Positions 47,766 to 57,461 of a stretch of 64,000 nt of DNA are shown here, in pieces. This DNA is from Gammaproteobacteria bacterium. GTDB lineage: Bacteria > Pseudomonadota > Gammaproteobacteria > UBA4575. Within the stretch, counting starts at the first letter, position 1. Every line of letters starts with the position of its first letter. A program made the position numbers and the translations under genes. The stretch is taken from NCBI GenBank assembly GCA_965243395.1, contig CBDEUS010000001.1, forward strand, positions 1,184,001-1,248,000, read 5' to 3'. The notes below the pieces were generated by a model that had not been told where the DNA came from, made no database searches, and saw only the letters and a list, made by a program, of their open reading frames with translations.

Positions 47766-49124
47766 TTACGCGCTTCTATATGCAGAGGGCACAGGAACAC
47801 CCTGATCTTTCATTTTTGCAATTTTATATCTAAGTGTTCTTGGACTAATTCCCAGACGTTCTGCAACAAGCTTTCTATTCCCATGTTCTGCCACTAATGC
47901 TTGCAATATCAATTCTTGCTCATGTGACTTTAGATCTGTATTTAAATTTGTAACCGTTTTTTCATTAGTTAAATCTTGTTCTTCAAGTTCTAATAAGTCT
48001 TCCTCTATAACATTATTACTGCATAATACTATTGCTCGTTGTATGACATTTTCTAACTCTCTAACGTTACCGGGCCAATGACTCCTGATTAAACGCTCAC
48101 GTGCTTTTTCAGAAAGCTCTAATGATTTATTCGGAGAATGCTTGTTCAATATCATATAAGCCAAAGGTAAAATATCATCTACGCGTTCACGCAAAGGAGG
48201 CAACGTAATTGGGAAAACATTTAGTCGATAAAATAAATCTTCTCTAAAAGTTCCTTTCTTCACTTCATCTTTTAAGTTTCTATTAGAAGTAGCAATAATT
48301 CTTACATCCAGGTCAATGACCTTTTTACCTCCTAATCTTTCGACCTGTTTTTCCTGCAATACTCTTAAGAGCTTTGCTTGTAGCCCTAGATCCATCTCAG
48401 AGATCTCATCCAACAACAAAGTCCCTTGTTGTGCTTCTTCAAATTTACCTGCTTTAGATTGATGAGCGCCTGTATAAGCCCCTTTTTCATGACCAAATAA
48501 AACAGCTTCGAGCATATTTTCCGGTATAGCAGCACAGTTGATGGCAACAAACGGGTGATTACTACGCGGAGAATTTGCATGGATAAATCGTGCCAATACT
48601 TCTTTACCGGTACCACTTTCTCCACGTATGAATACTGAAACAGCAGTAGTAGCAACACGTCTAGCAATTTTTTTAGTTTCAATTGATTTTTTATCTACTG
48701 AAATATAGTTACTAGTGTCTGTTTTCTTTGAGAACTTTACTTGGATATTACTTTTAATAATATTCAATAGAAGATCTACATCGAAAGGTTTTACTAGGTA
48801 ATCACTTGCTCCACTTTTAATACATGTAACTGCTTTTTCTATCGTTCCATAAGCAGTCATTAAGACAACTGGTAAAGATAGATATTTTTGTTTGATTGCT
48901 TCTAATAATTCGTATCCATCAGCGATAGGATCATTTTCACTGTCTGTGTTATCAAATTGTATATCGCTAAGCACCATATCTATTTTCTCTCTTCCAAGAA
49001 GCCCCATCGCACTCATAGGTGTTGCTGACTCAAATGCATTAAACCCATGATCACGTATCGTTCCAGCTATGGCATGACTAAGCTTCATGTCATCTTCAAC
49101 AATCAATATATTTTTTCCCTGCAT
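47766..49124 (-). CDS. fleR: sigma54-dependent response regulator (FleR/FlrC)
   Basis: Receiver, [44 protein letters not shown]. Confidence 0.93.
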   Translation of the reverse strand: MQGKNILIVEDDMKLSHAIAGTIRDHGFNAFESATPMSAMGLLGREKIDMVLSDIQFDNTDSENDPIADGYELLEAIKQKYLSLPVVLMTAYGTIEKAVTCIKSGASDYLVKPFDVDLLLNIIKSNIQVKFSKKTDTSNYISVDKKSIETKKIARRVATTAVSVFIRGESGTGKEVLARFIHANSPRSNHPFVAINCAAIPENMLEAVLFGHEKGAYTGAHQSKAGKFEEAQQGTLLLDEISEMDLGLQAKLLRVLQEKQVERLGGKKVIDLDVRIIATSNRNLKDEVKKGTFREDLFYRLNVFPITLPPLRERVDDILPLAYMILNKHSPNKSLELSEKARERLIRSHWPGNVRELENVIQRAIVLCSNNVIEEDLLELEEQDLTNEKTVTNLNTDLKSHEQELILQALVAEHGNRKLVAERLGISPRTLRYKIAKMKDQGVPVPSAYRSA

Positions 49125-49169
49125 GATTTACCCTTTATTATTTATTTAATTTCAATAAGCCTCAAAAAT

Positions 49170-50351
49170 TTATGAGTTCGAACTGGATATTGGAGAAAAT
49201 TCTGAGTATTTAGGAATCCGCATGTCTACACATAAGCCTTGTGGCACTTCTTCTTTAGCTTCAACCGTTCCTCCATGTGCTTCCATAATAGATTTAACAA
49301 CAGATAAACCTAAACCAGTTCCACCTGCTTTAGTTGTAAAAAAAGGCTCAAATATTTTTTCTTTAAGTTCATTTGATATGCCCTTACCTTTATCATGTAT
49401 GGAGAACACAATATCTTTTCCTTCAGATTTAATTTCGATCAAAACTTTTGTATCAAACTCACTTGCCTGGATAGCATTGTGGACTACATTTTTGAGCGCT
49501 CCCCAAAAAGCAATATAATTAACCGAAATTTTCATTTCGTTACTAGAAATTTTTTCATCTATATCAATTAAGTAATTACCAAATTCCCGTTGAATATCTT
49601 TACGAAGCTTACTAACTAGCTGTTTTACTTCAATTTGGTCATTTAACTGCCACTCTCCTTTTGCAAAAGACAGCATGTCATTCACCGTTTCCTCTAAGTT
49701 ATGTAAGCAGTGCTTTACATTTTCAACTAATTGAAAAGAAAGCTCATGTTTGTTAATGCGTTTTTCTAGGCTTGATAAATAAAGAAAAGCTGCTGATAAC
49801 GGTGTGCGAACTTGATGAGCCAGTGAAGCCACCATGTTTCCTAGAGATTCAAGCCTCTCTTTTCGATTAAGAGATTCGTGATAATTATATTCAGCAGTAA
49901 CATCGTTAATAATTATGACTTTTCCTTCACTGCGTTGCTGAGATTCAATTTTTAGTGATATACGGTTTCCATTTTTTAAACAAATTTCACTATTTCCGGA
50001 ATATCCTGCTGCTAGGTATTTTTTAGCTACTTCGCTCCAAATTTGACCCTTTAAAAATGTCCCAATTAATTTGTCTGCGATTTCATTGTTCTCAATGATA
50101 GTTCCATAATCATCAAGTACGACAATTCCAACAGGCAAGGTGCGAAGTAGGACAGATAATCTATCAGCAAGCTTTTCTTTTTCGACCAACTGATGAAACT
50201 TCTCATTTCTTGTTTCAATCAGTTCTTTTTGGAGACTTTCTACTCGACCTTCGAGTTGATCGTAAGCAGAAGTTAAATCTTCTGAAAGACGATTAAAATT
50301 ATCGAATGCACTCTCTAGTGCTAGCTTCCTATTATCAACAGCAACATCCAT
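49170..50351 (-). CDS. fleS: PAS sensor histidine kinase (FleS/FlrB)
   Basis: AFDNFNRLS.DL..AY, EKEKLADRL, ASLAHQVRTPLSAA, FFTTK..GTGLGL. Confidence 0.93.
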   Translation of the reverse strand: MDVAVDNRKLALESAFDNFNRLSEDLTSAYDQLEGRVESLQKELIETRNEKFHQLVEKEKLADRLSVLLRTLPVGIVVLDDYGTIIENNEIADKLIGTFLKGQIWSEVAKKYLAAGYSGNSEICLKNGNRISLKIESQQRSEGKVIIINDVTAEYNYHESLNRKERLESLGNMVASLAHQVRTPLSAAFLYLSSLEKRINKHELSFQLVENVKHCLHNLEETVNDMLSFAKGEWQLNDQIEVKQLVSKLRKDIQREFGNYLIDIDEKISSNEMKISVNYIAFWGALKNVVHNAIQASEFDTKVLIEIKSEGKDIVFSIHDKGKGISNELKEKIFEPFFTTKAGGTGLGLSVVKSIMEAHGGTVEAKEEVPQGLCVDMRIPKYSEFSPISSSNS

Positions 50352-50412
50352 CTGGCATATCCTTACATAGTAATTTTTTAATACGCATTAATTTGACGCG
50401 TATTAACTACTA

Positions 50413-50428
50413 TGCAAACAATATGCCT
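50413..50428 (-). promoter_or_regulatory. sigma54 promoter of fleSR-fliEFGHIJ
   Basis: AGGCATATTGTTTGCA (GG-N10-GC). Confidence 0.8.
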
Positions 50429-50481
50429 ATTTTTGTTTTACTATATTTAACAGGAACTTAAGAAAATATTAAGTTTGTGAA

Positions 50482-50495
50482 GTCAATATTATGAC
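50482..50495. promoter_or_regulatory. FleQ-type enhancer box for fleSR
   Basis: GTCAATATTATGAC (GTCA-N6-TGAC), overlapping the fleQ stop about 55 bp upstream of the -24 element. Confidence 0.72.
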
Positions 50496-51604
50496 GGAGT
50501 GGCACGTTGAAATTGATGTTTTTTCAATTTTTCGACGAGTGTAGTTCTCCGTAAACCAAGTAACTTTGCAGCTTGCGCCACGACACCATTAGCAAGATCC
50601 AAAGCTTGCTGAATGTAAAACTGTTCTACAGAGGCAATATGTGATTTTAAATCTACGCCTTCTTGAGTAAGCAACGGTAAACCAACTGTTCTATTCATTA
50701 GGCTGGTTTCAGTAACATCCATTTCTGGAAATGAGTCGATATGCATTTCTTCGTTTACGGAATTATTATTTTGCGTGTTTTTTATAGCACCATACTTACT
50801 TGGAAGTTTAGTTACATCAACAACTTTATCAGGATACAGGATACTTAATCTTTCAAGTAAATTAGAAAGCTCGCGCACATTCCCAGGCCAGGTATAACGT
50901 GCTAAAGCCGACATAGCATCAGAAGTTACTTTTACATCTGTACCTGTTTCTTGTTTAATTTTATCTGTGATGGCATATACCAAAGATGGTAAATCTTCAG
51001 CTCGTCTGCGTAATGGCGGTAACTCAATTGGATATACATGTAAACGATAATAAAGGTCCTCTCGGAATTCACCTTTTTTCACCATCTCTTCTAAGTTTCG
51101 ATGTGTCGCAGCAATTACCCGAACATTAGCACTAATCGATTTGCCGCTTCCCACGCGCTCATAGACTTTTTCTTGCAGCACTCTCAAAAGTTTGGCTTGC
51201 ATATTGAGGTCCATATCGCCTATTTCATCAAGAAACAGCGTTCCTCCTTCAGCTAATTCAAATCTGCCTTTTCGGTCTGTTATCGCACCCGTAAAAGCGC
51301 CTTTGACATGGCCAAATAGCTCGCTTTCGAGCAGTTCCTGAGGAATCGCGGCACAATTGACGGGGACAAAATATTTAGATGCTCGATTTGAAATTGTATG
51401 AATACTGCGGGCAACCACTTCTTTGCCCGTACCAGATTCACCAAGAATTAAAACATTAGCATTCGTATTGGCTACACGCTCGATAAGCTCACTTACTTGC
51501 TGAATAGCTTGACTATGCCCATCTAAAAGTAATTTATTATTTTTACGACGACCTAGATTTTCTCTAGTATCAGAATAGAGGTTCTGTGTGGATTCAACCT
51601 GCAT
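50489..51604 (-). CDS. fleQ: Flagellar master regulator FleQ/FlrA, lacking the N-terminal domain
   Basis: [43 protein letters not shown], FleQ-typical [20 protein letters not shown]; lies between fliT and fleS. Confidence 0.92.
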   Translation of the reverse strand: MQVESTQNLYSDTRENLGRRKNNKLLLDGHSQAIQQVSELIERVANTNANVLILGESGTGKEVVARSIHTISNRASKYFVPVNCAAIPQELLESELFGHVKGAFTGAITDRKGRFELAEGGTLFLDEIGDMDLNMQAKLLRVLQEKVYERVGSGKSISANVRVIAATHRNLEEMVKKGEFREDLYYRLHVYPIELPPLRRRAEDLPSLVYAITDKIKQETGTDVKVTSDAMSALARYTWPGNVRELSNLLERLSILYPDKVVDVTKLPSKYGAIKNTQNNNSVNEEMHIDSFPEMDVTETSLMNRTVGLPLLTQEGVDLKSHIASVEQFYIQQALDLANGVVAQAAKLLGLRRTTLVEKLKKHQFQRATPS

Positions 51605-51685
51605 TACTCTAACCAGCCTTTTTAATAAAAAATTTTCTAAAGCTTGAGACTAAGAGATTGTGCGCACTCCACAAGATTATTGCGC

Positions 51686-51706
51686 TGACAGCATCCTTGT
51701 CTGTCA
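51686..51706 (-). promoter_or_regulatory. CsrA/RsmA-type GGA-loop hairpin in the fleQ leader
   Basis: TGACAG-A-CA[AGGA]TG-CTGTCA; contains the CANGGANG consensus. Confidence 0.65.
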
Positions 51707-51761
51707 TTTCCCCTTTAAAATCATATGTAAGCTAATTAATTCTACCTTAAATAACTAATTT

Positions 51762-51792
51762 TTTTCGGACTAAAGTTATTTTCGGACTAAAG
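51762..51792. repeat. 14-bp direct repeat (2 copies, 17-bp period) upstream of fleQ
   Basis: TTTTCGGACTAAAG at 51762 and at 51779. Confidence 0.85.
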
Positions 51793-51959
51793 ATACAATA
51801 CTTTTTCTAAGGATACAAAAGTATTCGCTGCTAATGTATGTTTAAAAACAAACAATTATAAAATTAATTATTTTGTAAAGTACAAGCAAATTAGATAACA
51901 AAATATTCGTGCTTAACACGCATTTGTTAAAAAATTAAACAACTTAATTTTGTAAAGTA

Positions 51960-52265
51960 TTAATAATTATTGTTATATTGCTGAATAGCTGTTTGTGTGT
52001 GTTTATTATTTTGTATTTGCGTCAAAACTTTGGCGCGTAGATCAATTACTTGATCTTTTATTATGGTATTTGTCTCGGTAATTTTTTCGATATCACTACT
52101 CATCGTAATAAATTGTTCAGCAGTTAAACTATTAATAAATGCACGTACATCTGCATCCCATTTCTGACTCAGCTCTATAGCTTCATCCCATGACTCATTA
52201 TTTATAGTCATGAGCAGCTCTTCTGCCAAGTATTTGACTTGTGATAACTGCTTTTGAGTACTCAT
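51960..52265 (-). CDS. fliT: FliT-like flagellar chaperone
   Basis: About 100-aa helical protein after fliS; WDEAIEL, AIQQY C-terminus. Confidence 0.7.
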   Translation of the reverse strand: MSTQKQLSQVKYLAEELLMTINNESWDEAIELSQKWDADVRAFINSLTAEQFITMSSDIEKITETNTIIKDQVIDLRAKVLTQIQNNKHTQTAIQQYNNNY

Positions 52266-52287
52266 CTAAAGGCCAATTGAACAATTT

Positions 52288-52689
52288 CTATACACGTGCT
52301 TCCTCAGGTATAGAGTTCCACGCTTCTTGAATCTCTCGTAGTAAATCCATTACCTCGTCAGTAATTTTTGTATCATCATCTGCATTCGCAACAACAAGAC
52401 GTCTTTGCATATAGTCATATAAATCATCTAAATTTTGTGCAATTTCGCCACCCTCTACAATATTAAGGCTGGATCTTAAACCATCTAATATTGCGATAGC
52501 CTTTGAAATTCTAATCGCTTTTTCTTGCTTCTGATTTCGCTCAATATGCCCATTTGCAGCTAACAAATGATCAATTGCGCCTTTGAAAAGTAAGTTTACA
52601 AGACCATGTGCATCAGATCGTTCAACGCTACCTAACACCCCGCTACTTCTATATTCACCTATCGCCAGTGCTGCTGCTGTCGTGTTCAT
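52288..52689 (-). CDS. fliS: Flagellin chaperone
   Basis: LLFKGA, GGEIAQNLDDLYDYM, IQEAW. Confidence 0.96.
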   Translation of the reverse strand: MNTTAAALAIGEYRSSGVLGSVERSDAHGLVNLLFKGAIDHLLAANGHIERNQKQEKAIRISKAIAILDGLRSSLNIVEGGEIAQNLDDLYDYMQRRLVVANADDDTKITDEVMDLLREIQEAWNSIPEEARV

Positions 52690-52714
52690 ATCTAGTTTCC
52701 TTTCATGTAATAAG

Positions 52715-54103
52715 TTAAGAGTTATCCCTTCGATTCAATATATTATTTGTCGGCAGATTTGCGAGTTGTTGAGTTAAAAATGTACTGGTTGCATTCAATT
52801 GGCCGACCAAGCTGTCAAGTGCAGTATATTGTCTGCGTAGTCTTTGCTCAGTTAGCGCAACGCGGTCTTCTATTCGCTCAATATCATCATCAATTTGAGA
52901 GCGACTTTCACTCAAACCATCTGTGCGCGCTTCGATGAGACCTCCAGTCTCTACATAACTTGACAAAACGGTATCAAGAGCTTGTGCAAAACCATTTTCA
53001 GGATCTGTAAATAACTGAACAACACCGTTGAAGTCATCTGCAGTGACTTGATCAAATTTATCGCTATCTAAACTAAGTATTCCATCACGATCAAACGTGA
53101 TTCCAACATCAAATAAATATTGCAAGTTGCTTCCTGCAACATTAAATCTATTTCCAAGAACTTGCCTCACACGTGTTTCGATACCAAGCAACAATGACTC
53201 ACCTTGTAATGTAGATTCACGTTGAGTATTCAAACTGATGATTAAGTCGTTATAGGCTGTAATGAAAGCTTCAACAGCATTTTTACCTACTGAGCGATCT
53301 TCACTGATAGATAATGATGCAGTACCTATATCTTTCAAAGTCAAAGTTACCCCTTCAATAACATCGGATATTTCATTTGAAGAGCGCGTGACACTAAACC
53401 CATCCACAATGAATGTAGCATCTTGTGCCACATCAATTTCTTGTAAATTTTGTGTGCCCCCTTCAACGAATACTAAATTTGAAAGACCTGCAGCGTCATT
53501 ATCATTCCCATCACTATCACCGGTAACCGTTACACTTAATGCATTTGCTGTTCCGCTTTCTTCAGATGTTAGTATTAAATGACTTCCATCATCTGCAGAA
53601 ATAATAGATGCAGAGACACCTATATTATTTAAATTGTCATTAATAGCGTTACGAATACCCTCCAAAGTATTGTTATTATCATCAATGCTAATAGAGAATG
53701 ATTCAGCACCTACAGATATATTTAATTGCCCATTACCGACAATACTTCCACCACTAGCAAATGCAGATGACGCTAGTTTATTTTTTTGTGCTAGCGTCAA
53801 TACTTCAATATCACTAGAGATAGGAACAGAACCCTCACCTGCTTCTGCAGTAAGAACTTCATCGTCACTTGATGTTACCGAGAAGGATTGAAATCCACTA
53901 GTAAGTTCTAATCCCGAAATACTGGATTGAAAATTTGATACAGATTCTTGTACTAATCCCAAGGAACTAATCTGAATATCGATCTCAGCTTGACGAGATT
54001 CCAGAAACTGAATAGGCCGACGTTCAACCGCAACTAATTGATTAACGATTGATTCGATATCAATACCTGAACCAATACCTAACGATGTTATTGAACCTGC
54101 CAT
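52715..54103 (-). CDS. fliD: Filament cap protein
   Basis: SLGIGSGID, AQDA, SNEISDVIEGVTLTL, LRRQYTALD. Confidence 0.96.
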   Translation of the reverse strand: MAGSITSLGIGSGIDIESIVNQLVAVERRPIQFLESRQAEIDIQISSLGLVQESVSNFQSSISGLELTSGFQSFSVTSSDDEVLTAEAGEGSVPISSDIEVLTLAQKNKLASSAFASGGSIVGNGQLNISVGAESFSISIDDNNNTLEGIRNAINDNLNNIGVSASIISADDGSHLILTSEESGTANALSVTVTGDSDGNDNDAAGLSNLVFVEGGTQNLQEIDVAQDATFIVDGFSVTRSSNEISDVIEGVTLTLKDIGTASLSISEDRSVGKNAVEAFITAYNDLIISLNTQRESTLQGESLLLGIETRVRQVLGNRFNVAGSNLQYLFDVGITFDRDGILSLDSDKFDQVTADDFNGVVQLFTDPENGFAQALDTVLSSYVETGGLIEARTDGLSESRSQIDDDIERIEDRVALTEQRLRRQYTALDSLVGQLNATSTFLTQQLANLPTNNILNRRDNS

Positions 54104-54139
54104 ATTTGTTTAAAATTCATCAATCCTTGATGATTGTTA

Positions 54140-54156
54140 GGCAATTTTAATGCCAG
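54140..54156 (-). promoter_or_regulatory. sigma54 promoter of fliDST
   Basis: CTGGCATTAAAATTGCC (GG-N10-GC). Confidence 0.8.
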
Positions 54157-54162
54157 TTTTAT

Positions 54163-54561
54163 TTAGCCTTGTGCTGCCAGTAATAATCCAACTTTTTCTA
54201 CATCAGATGAAGTAGATTCACGGATTAAATTTGCCACAGCAAGGACTTCTTTTGCCGGAATTTGACGTATGACTTCCCCACTTTGAGTATCAATAACGGT
54301 AATTATTGATCGACCACTAGCTTCGTCAACCGAAAAGCTCAAATTTGTTTGAATTTTTTGTGCGAATTCATTTAAATCTTTAGCAGCTTCACGCACAACT
54401 TCAATATTTTGTGCTGCTTGTTTAGCCAGTTCTTTAGCTTTTGCACGATCTGCTTGAATATTTTCTGAAGTAGTAGCCACTACTTTCGCTGCCGAACCAG
54501 ACTGTCCGGTTTGAAAATTATTTGTTGCTACAGAAGATAATTTAACTACTTGTGCAACCAT
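54163..54561 (-). CDS. flaG: FlaG protein
   Basis: LSFSVDE.SGR..TVID..SGEVIRQIP. Confidence 0.94.
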   Translation of the reverse strand: MVAQVVKLSSVATNNFQTGQSGSAAKVVATTSENIQADRAKAKELAKQAAQNIEVVREAAKDLNEFAQKIQTNLSFSVDEASGRSIITVIDTQSGEVIRQIPAKEVLAVANLIRESTSSDVEKVGLLLAAQG

Positions 54562-54589
54562 GCTAAATCTCCTATCAACACCCTTCGGC

Positions 54590-54626
54590 TATGCATCCAG
54601 AATGATAAAAACATTCCAGATGCATA
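54590..54626 (-). other. 15-bp hairpin between fliC and flaG (mRNA stabiliser or attenuator)
   Basis: TATGCATCTGGAATG-N7-CATTCTGGATGCATA on the minus strand, with two G.U pairs; no U-tract. Confidence 0.72.
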
Positions 54627-54647
54627 AACACGAAAGTTAAGTATCCA

Positions 54648-55997
54648 CTACTGAAGTAGTGACAATACGTTCTGAGGCAAAGAGTTTGCCTGTGCAACGA
54701 TTGCAAGACCCGCCTGTTGCAGAATCTGAGCACGAGTTAAGTTCGCAGTTTCTGCCGCAAAGTCAGCATCTTGAATACGTGAACGTGCAGCCGTTAAGTT
54801 CTCTACTGTAACTTGTAGATTTGAAATAGTGGATTCAAATCGAGTTTGAACAGCACCTAGCTCAGATCGCAAAGTGTTGATTTGGTCTAAAGCAAAATCA
54901 ACTGTTAACAATGCGGAAGTAGATGAGCTTTGCGTAAGAACGTCCGTACCATTTACAGTTTGATCCGCTTGAGACGCACCTAGAGCGGTTTGCCCTGTTT
55001 CAACTGCAAATGTACCTGTAGCTGTAAATGCAGTGCCAACTTCACCAGCTAAGGTAATACCAGCACGGAAAGTTTCGGCAGCACCACCGTTAAGGTTTGC
55101 ACCACCTACTGCAATTGCAGAACCATCAGTATTTGCTAATTGAATATTGGCTCCACTTACAGAAGCTGTTACACCAGTTTGAGCACTTAATGCATTAATA
55201 GTTGCCACATCCGTTGCAGCTGTACCGGTTAATGCAACTTGTACACCATTAATAGTACCTGAACCTACAGCAACAGCAATGTCACCAGTTTGTACGGTAG
55301 TATTAAGTTGTGCAGTTACACCACTTTGTGCTGTAACCTGGTTAATAGCATTTACAATTTGCTGGGTAGTATCACCCGCTGACAATCCAGAAAGATCAAC
55401 TGAAATACCCTGTATGACCAAGTTATCTGCAGCAATTGATGCGTCAATAGCAGTCTGATCAATTGAACCACTCACAGATACTCGTGCACCCAAAATTTCA
55501 CCACGTGCATCAACACCATCAACACTGATAGTCTGATTTTGGTTTGCACCTACTTGAAACACTAACGTACTAGAAGTTCCATCAAGTACATTCTGGCCGT
55601 TAAATTGTGTGCTGTTAGCAATACGATTAATTTCAGCTACTAATTGCTGTACTTCGTTATTGAGAGCTTGACGATCTGATGATGAGTTTGTGTCATTAGC
55701 AGATTGTACAGATAGCTCACGAATACGTTGTAAAGCATTAGTTGCAGTTGATAATGCGCCTTCAGCAGTTTGCGAAAATGAAATACCATCATTAGCATTT
55801 CGAATTGCTTGGTTTAGACCGCGAATCTGTGCGGTAAATCTTTCGGCAATCGCAAGGCCTGCGGCGTCGTCCTTTGCGCTGTTTACTCGCAAACCTGAAG
55901 ACAAACGCTGTAATGAGGTCTGTAACGAACTCTGCGTTGTATTTAGGTTTCGCTGAGCATTCAACGAGAACAGGTTAGTATTAATAATTTGAGGCAT
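54648..55997 (-). CDS. fliC: Flagellin
   Basis: [45 protein letters not shown]. Confidence 0.98.
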   Translation of the reverse strand: MPQIINTNLFSLNAQRNLNTTQSSLQTSLQRLSSGLRVNSAKDDAAGLAIAERFTAQIRGLNQAIRNANDGISFSQTAEGALSTATNALQRIRELSVQSANDTNSSSDRQALNNEVQQLVAEINRIANSTQFNGQNVLDGTSSTLVFQVGANQNQTISVDGVDARGEILGARVSVSGSIDQTAIDASIAADNLVIQGISVDLSGLSAGDTTQQIVNAINQVTAQSGVTAQLNTTVQTGDIAVAVGSGTINGVQVALTGTAATDVATINALSAQTGVTASVSGANIQLANTDGSAIAVGGANLNGGAAETFRAGITLAGEVGTAFTATGTFAVETGQTALGASQADQTVNGTDVLTQSSSTSALLTVDFALDQINTLRSELGAVQTRFESTISNLQVTVENLTAARSRIQDADFAAETANLTRAQILQQAGLAIVAQANSLPQNVLSLLQ

Positions 55998-56099
55998 TTT
56001 ACTTACTCCTTAGTAGTAATCCATCCTTAAAAAGTCTGAAATCTCAAAATGAGATTTCGACACCGCAAAGAACCAAGCCTCTACGTTGTCCTGCTATGC

Positions 56100-56126
56100 T
56101 TATCGGCGTTAATTTAGATTACTTTA
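56100..56126 (-). promoter_or_regulatory. sigma28 promoter of fliC
   Basis: Perfect TAAA-N15-GCCGATAA. Confidence 0.93.
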
Positions 56127-56248
56127 AGGATTTATTGAAAAATATCTAAGAAATTCAAACAACTACACATGGCAGCAAGCTCAATTTCTTTAATGGTGAA
56201 ACTAATAGAAAGCAGATTTACCCGATGAAGGGTCGAACTGAAATAAAT

Positions 56249-57451
56249 TTAAAGTAAGTTAAATAAACTTTGACCACGAACTTGCGCAAACGCACCTTGA
56301 ATGGCTTGCAATGTAGTTTGCTGTAGCTGCAATTGTGTAATCGCTTGAGCAAAATCTAAGTCTTCTATTTGTGAGCGCGTGGTTTGTAGCTCAATTTTAG
56401 CCCCTTCATTTTCAATATTCGCGCTATCTATTGAATTTTGTCGTGTACCGATAAATGTACGCGTATTCAGGATATTCTGTAATGCCTGATCGACATCGCT
56501 AATAGTGCGATCTAATGCTTGTGTTAATTGCGCTTGATCGGCTGGGTTTGCAGGATCAATATCTAAAGCATTAATAAAGGTTTGCAAAGTTGTAAAGACA
56601 TCCTGCCTACGACTTGCATTCACTGAAAACTCATCGCCGGTTTGTGGATCTCCTGATATCGCTACCTCAACACCATTGAAGTTAATCGCTTGGTCCGGAA
56701 CATAAGTCTGACCTGCCAAAATTGTAGTAGCAGTAGTGTTGTTAACAACATCAAATGTCGTAGGAGAAGTAAAAATAATACTGAAATCATTAGCTTGAAA
56801 AGCGCCATTATCTATAACCGAACCTACTGTTATTACACCATCACCTGTATTGCCAGCATTAGATGAAGTTACAAAACTCCCATTACCATTTTTTATATTT
56901 ACAAAAATATCGTAACCGGATTCAGACGCAACAATCGTACGATTACCTGAAATTTTCAGTGACAATTGATTTTGGTCACCGTTGTAAGCCACTCCTGCTG
57001 CAGTTTGCGTAAATGGTTCTGTACGGTTTTTAGAGCCAGCAAACAAATAATTTCCATTACCATCTCGAGCATTCGCAAAATCAAGTAATTCTTGCAGCCG
57101 TTCCTCTACTTCGGCCTTAATAATTGCACGTGTATCAGCAGTTTGACTTCCACTATTTGCTTGCAATGCAAGTTCACGCACTCTTTGAAGCGAATTGTTC
57201 ACGCTCGACAAGGTCGCATCTTCCAAACCTAAACGTTGATTGGCAAAAATACTATTACGTTGAAATTGATCTATTCTGCCAATAGCTTGATTTAAATCGA
57301 TGATACGTGCCGTTTCAGCAGGGCCATCAGATGGTTTGTTAATACGTTTACCTGTACCAATCTGATTTTGAATTTGTGCAATTTCAAACTGTTTTTGAGC
57401 GATATCTACCGCAGTCTTTTGAAACAAGTAAGCTGTAGTAATTCTAGTCAT
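56249..57451 (-). CDS. flgL: Hook-associated protein 3
   Basis: TGKRINKPSD, YLFAGS, IGTRQN, SQIEDLDFA, SLFNLL. Confidence 0.96.
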   Translation of the reverse strand: MTRITTAYLFQKTAVDIAQKQFEIAQIQNQIGTGKRINKPSDGPAETARIIDLNQAIGRIDQFQRNSIFANQRLGLEDATLSSVNNSLQRVRELALQANSGSQTADTRAIIKAEVEERLQELLDFANARDGNGNYLFAGSKNRTEPFTQTAAGVAYNGDQNQLSLKISGNRTIVASESGYDIFVNIKNGNGSFVTSSNAGNTGDGVITVGSVIDNGAFQANDFSIIFTSPTTFDVVNNTTATTILAGQTYVPDQAINFNGVEVAISGDPQTGDEFSVNASRRQDVFTTLQTFINALDIDPANPADQAQLTQALDRTISDVDQALQNILNTRTFIGTRQNSIDSANIENEGAKIELQTTRSQIEDLDFAQAITQLQLQQTTLQAIQGAFAQVRGQSLFNLL

Positions 57452-57461
57452 AATGTATTTA

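Noticed and set aside
51609-51707. The uORF as a frameshifted remnant of the FleQ N-terminal domain
   Set aside because: Far too short for the missing domain and no visible similarity to it.
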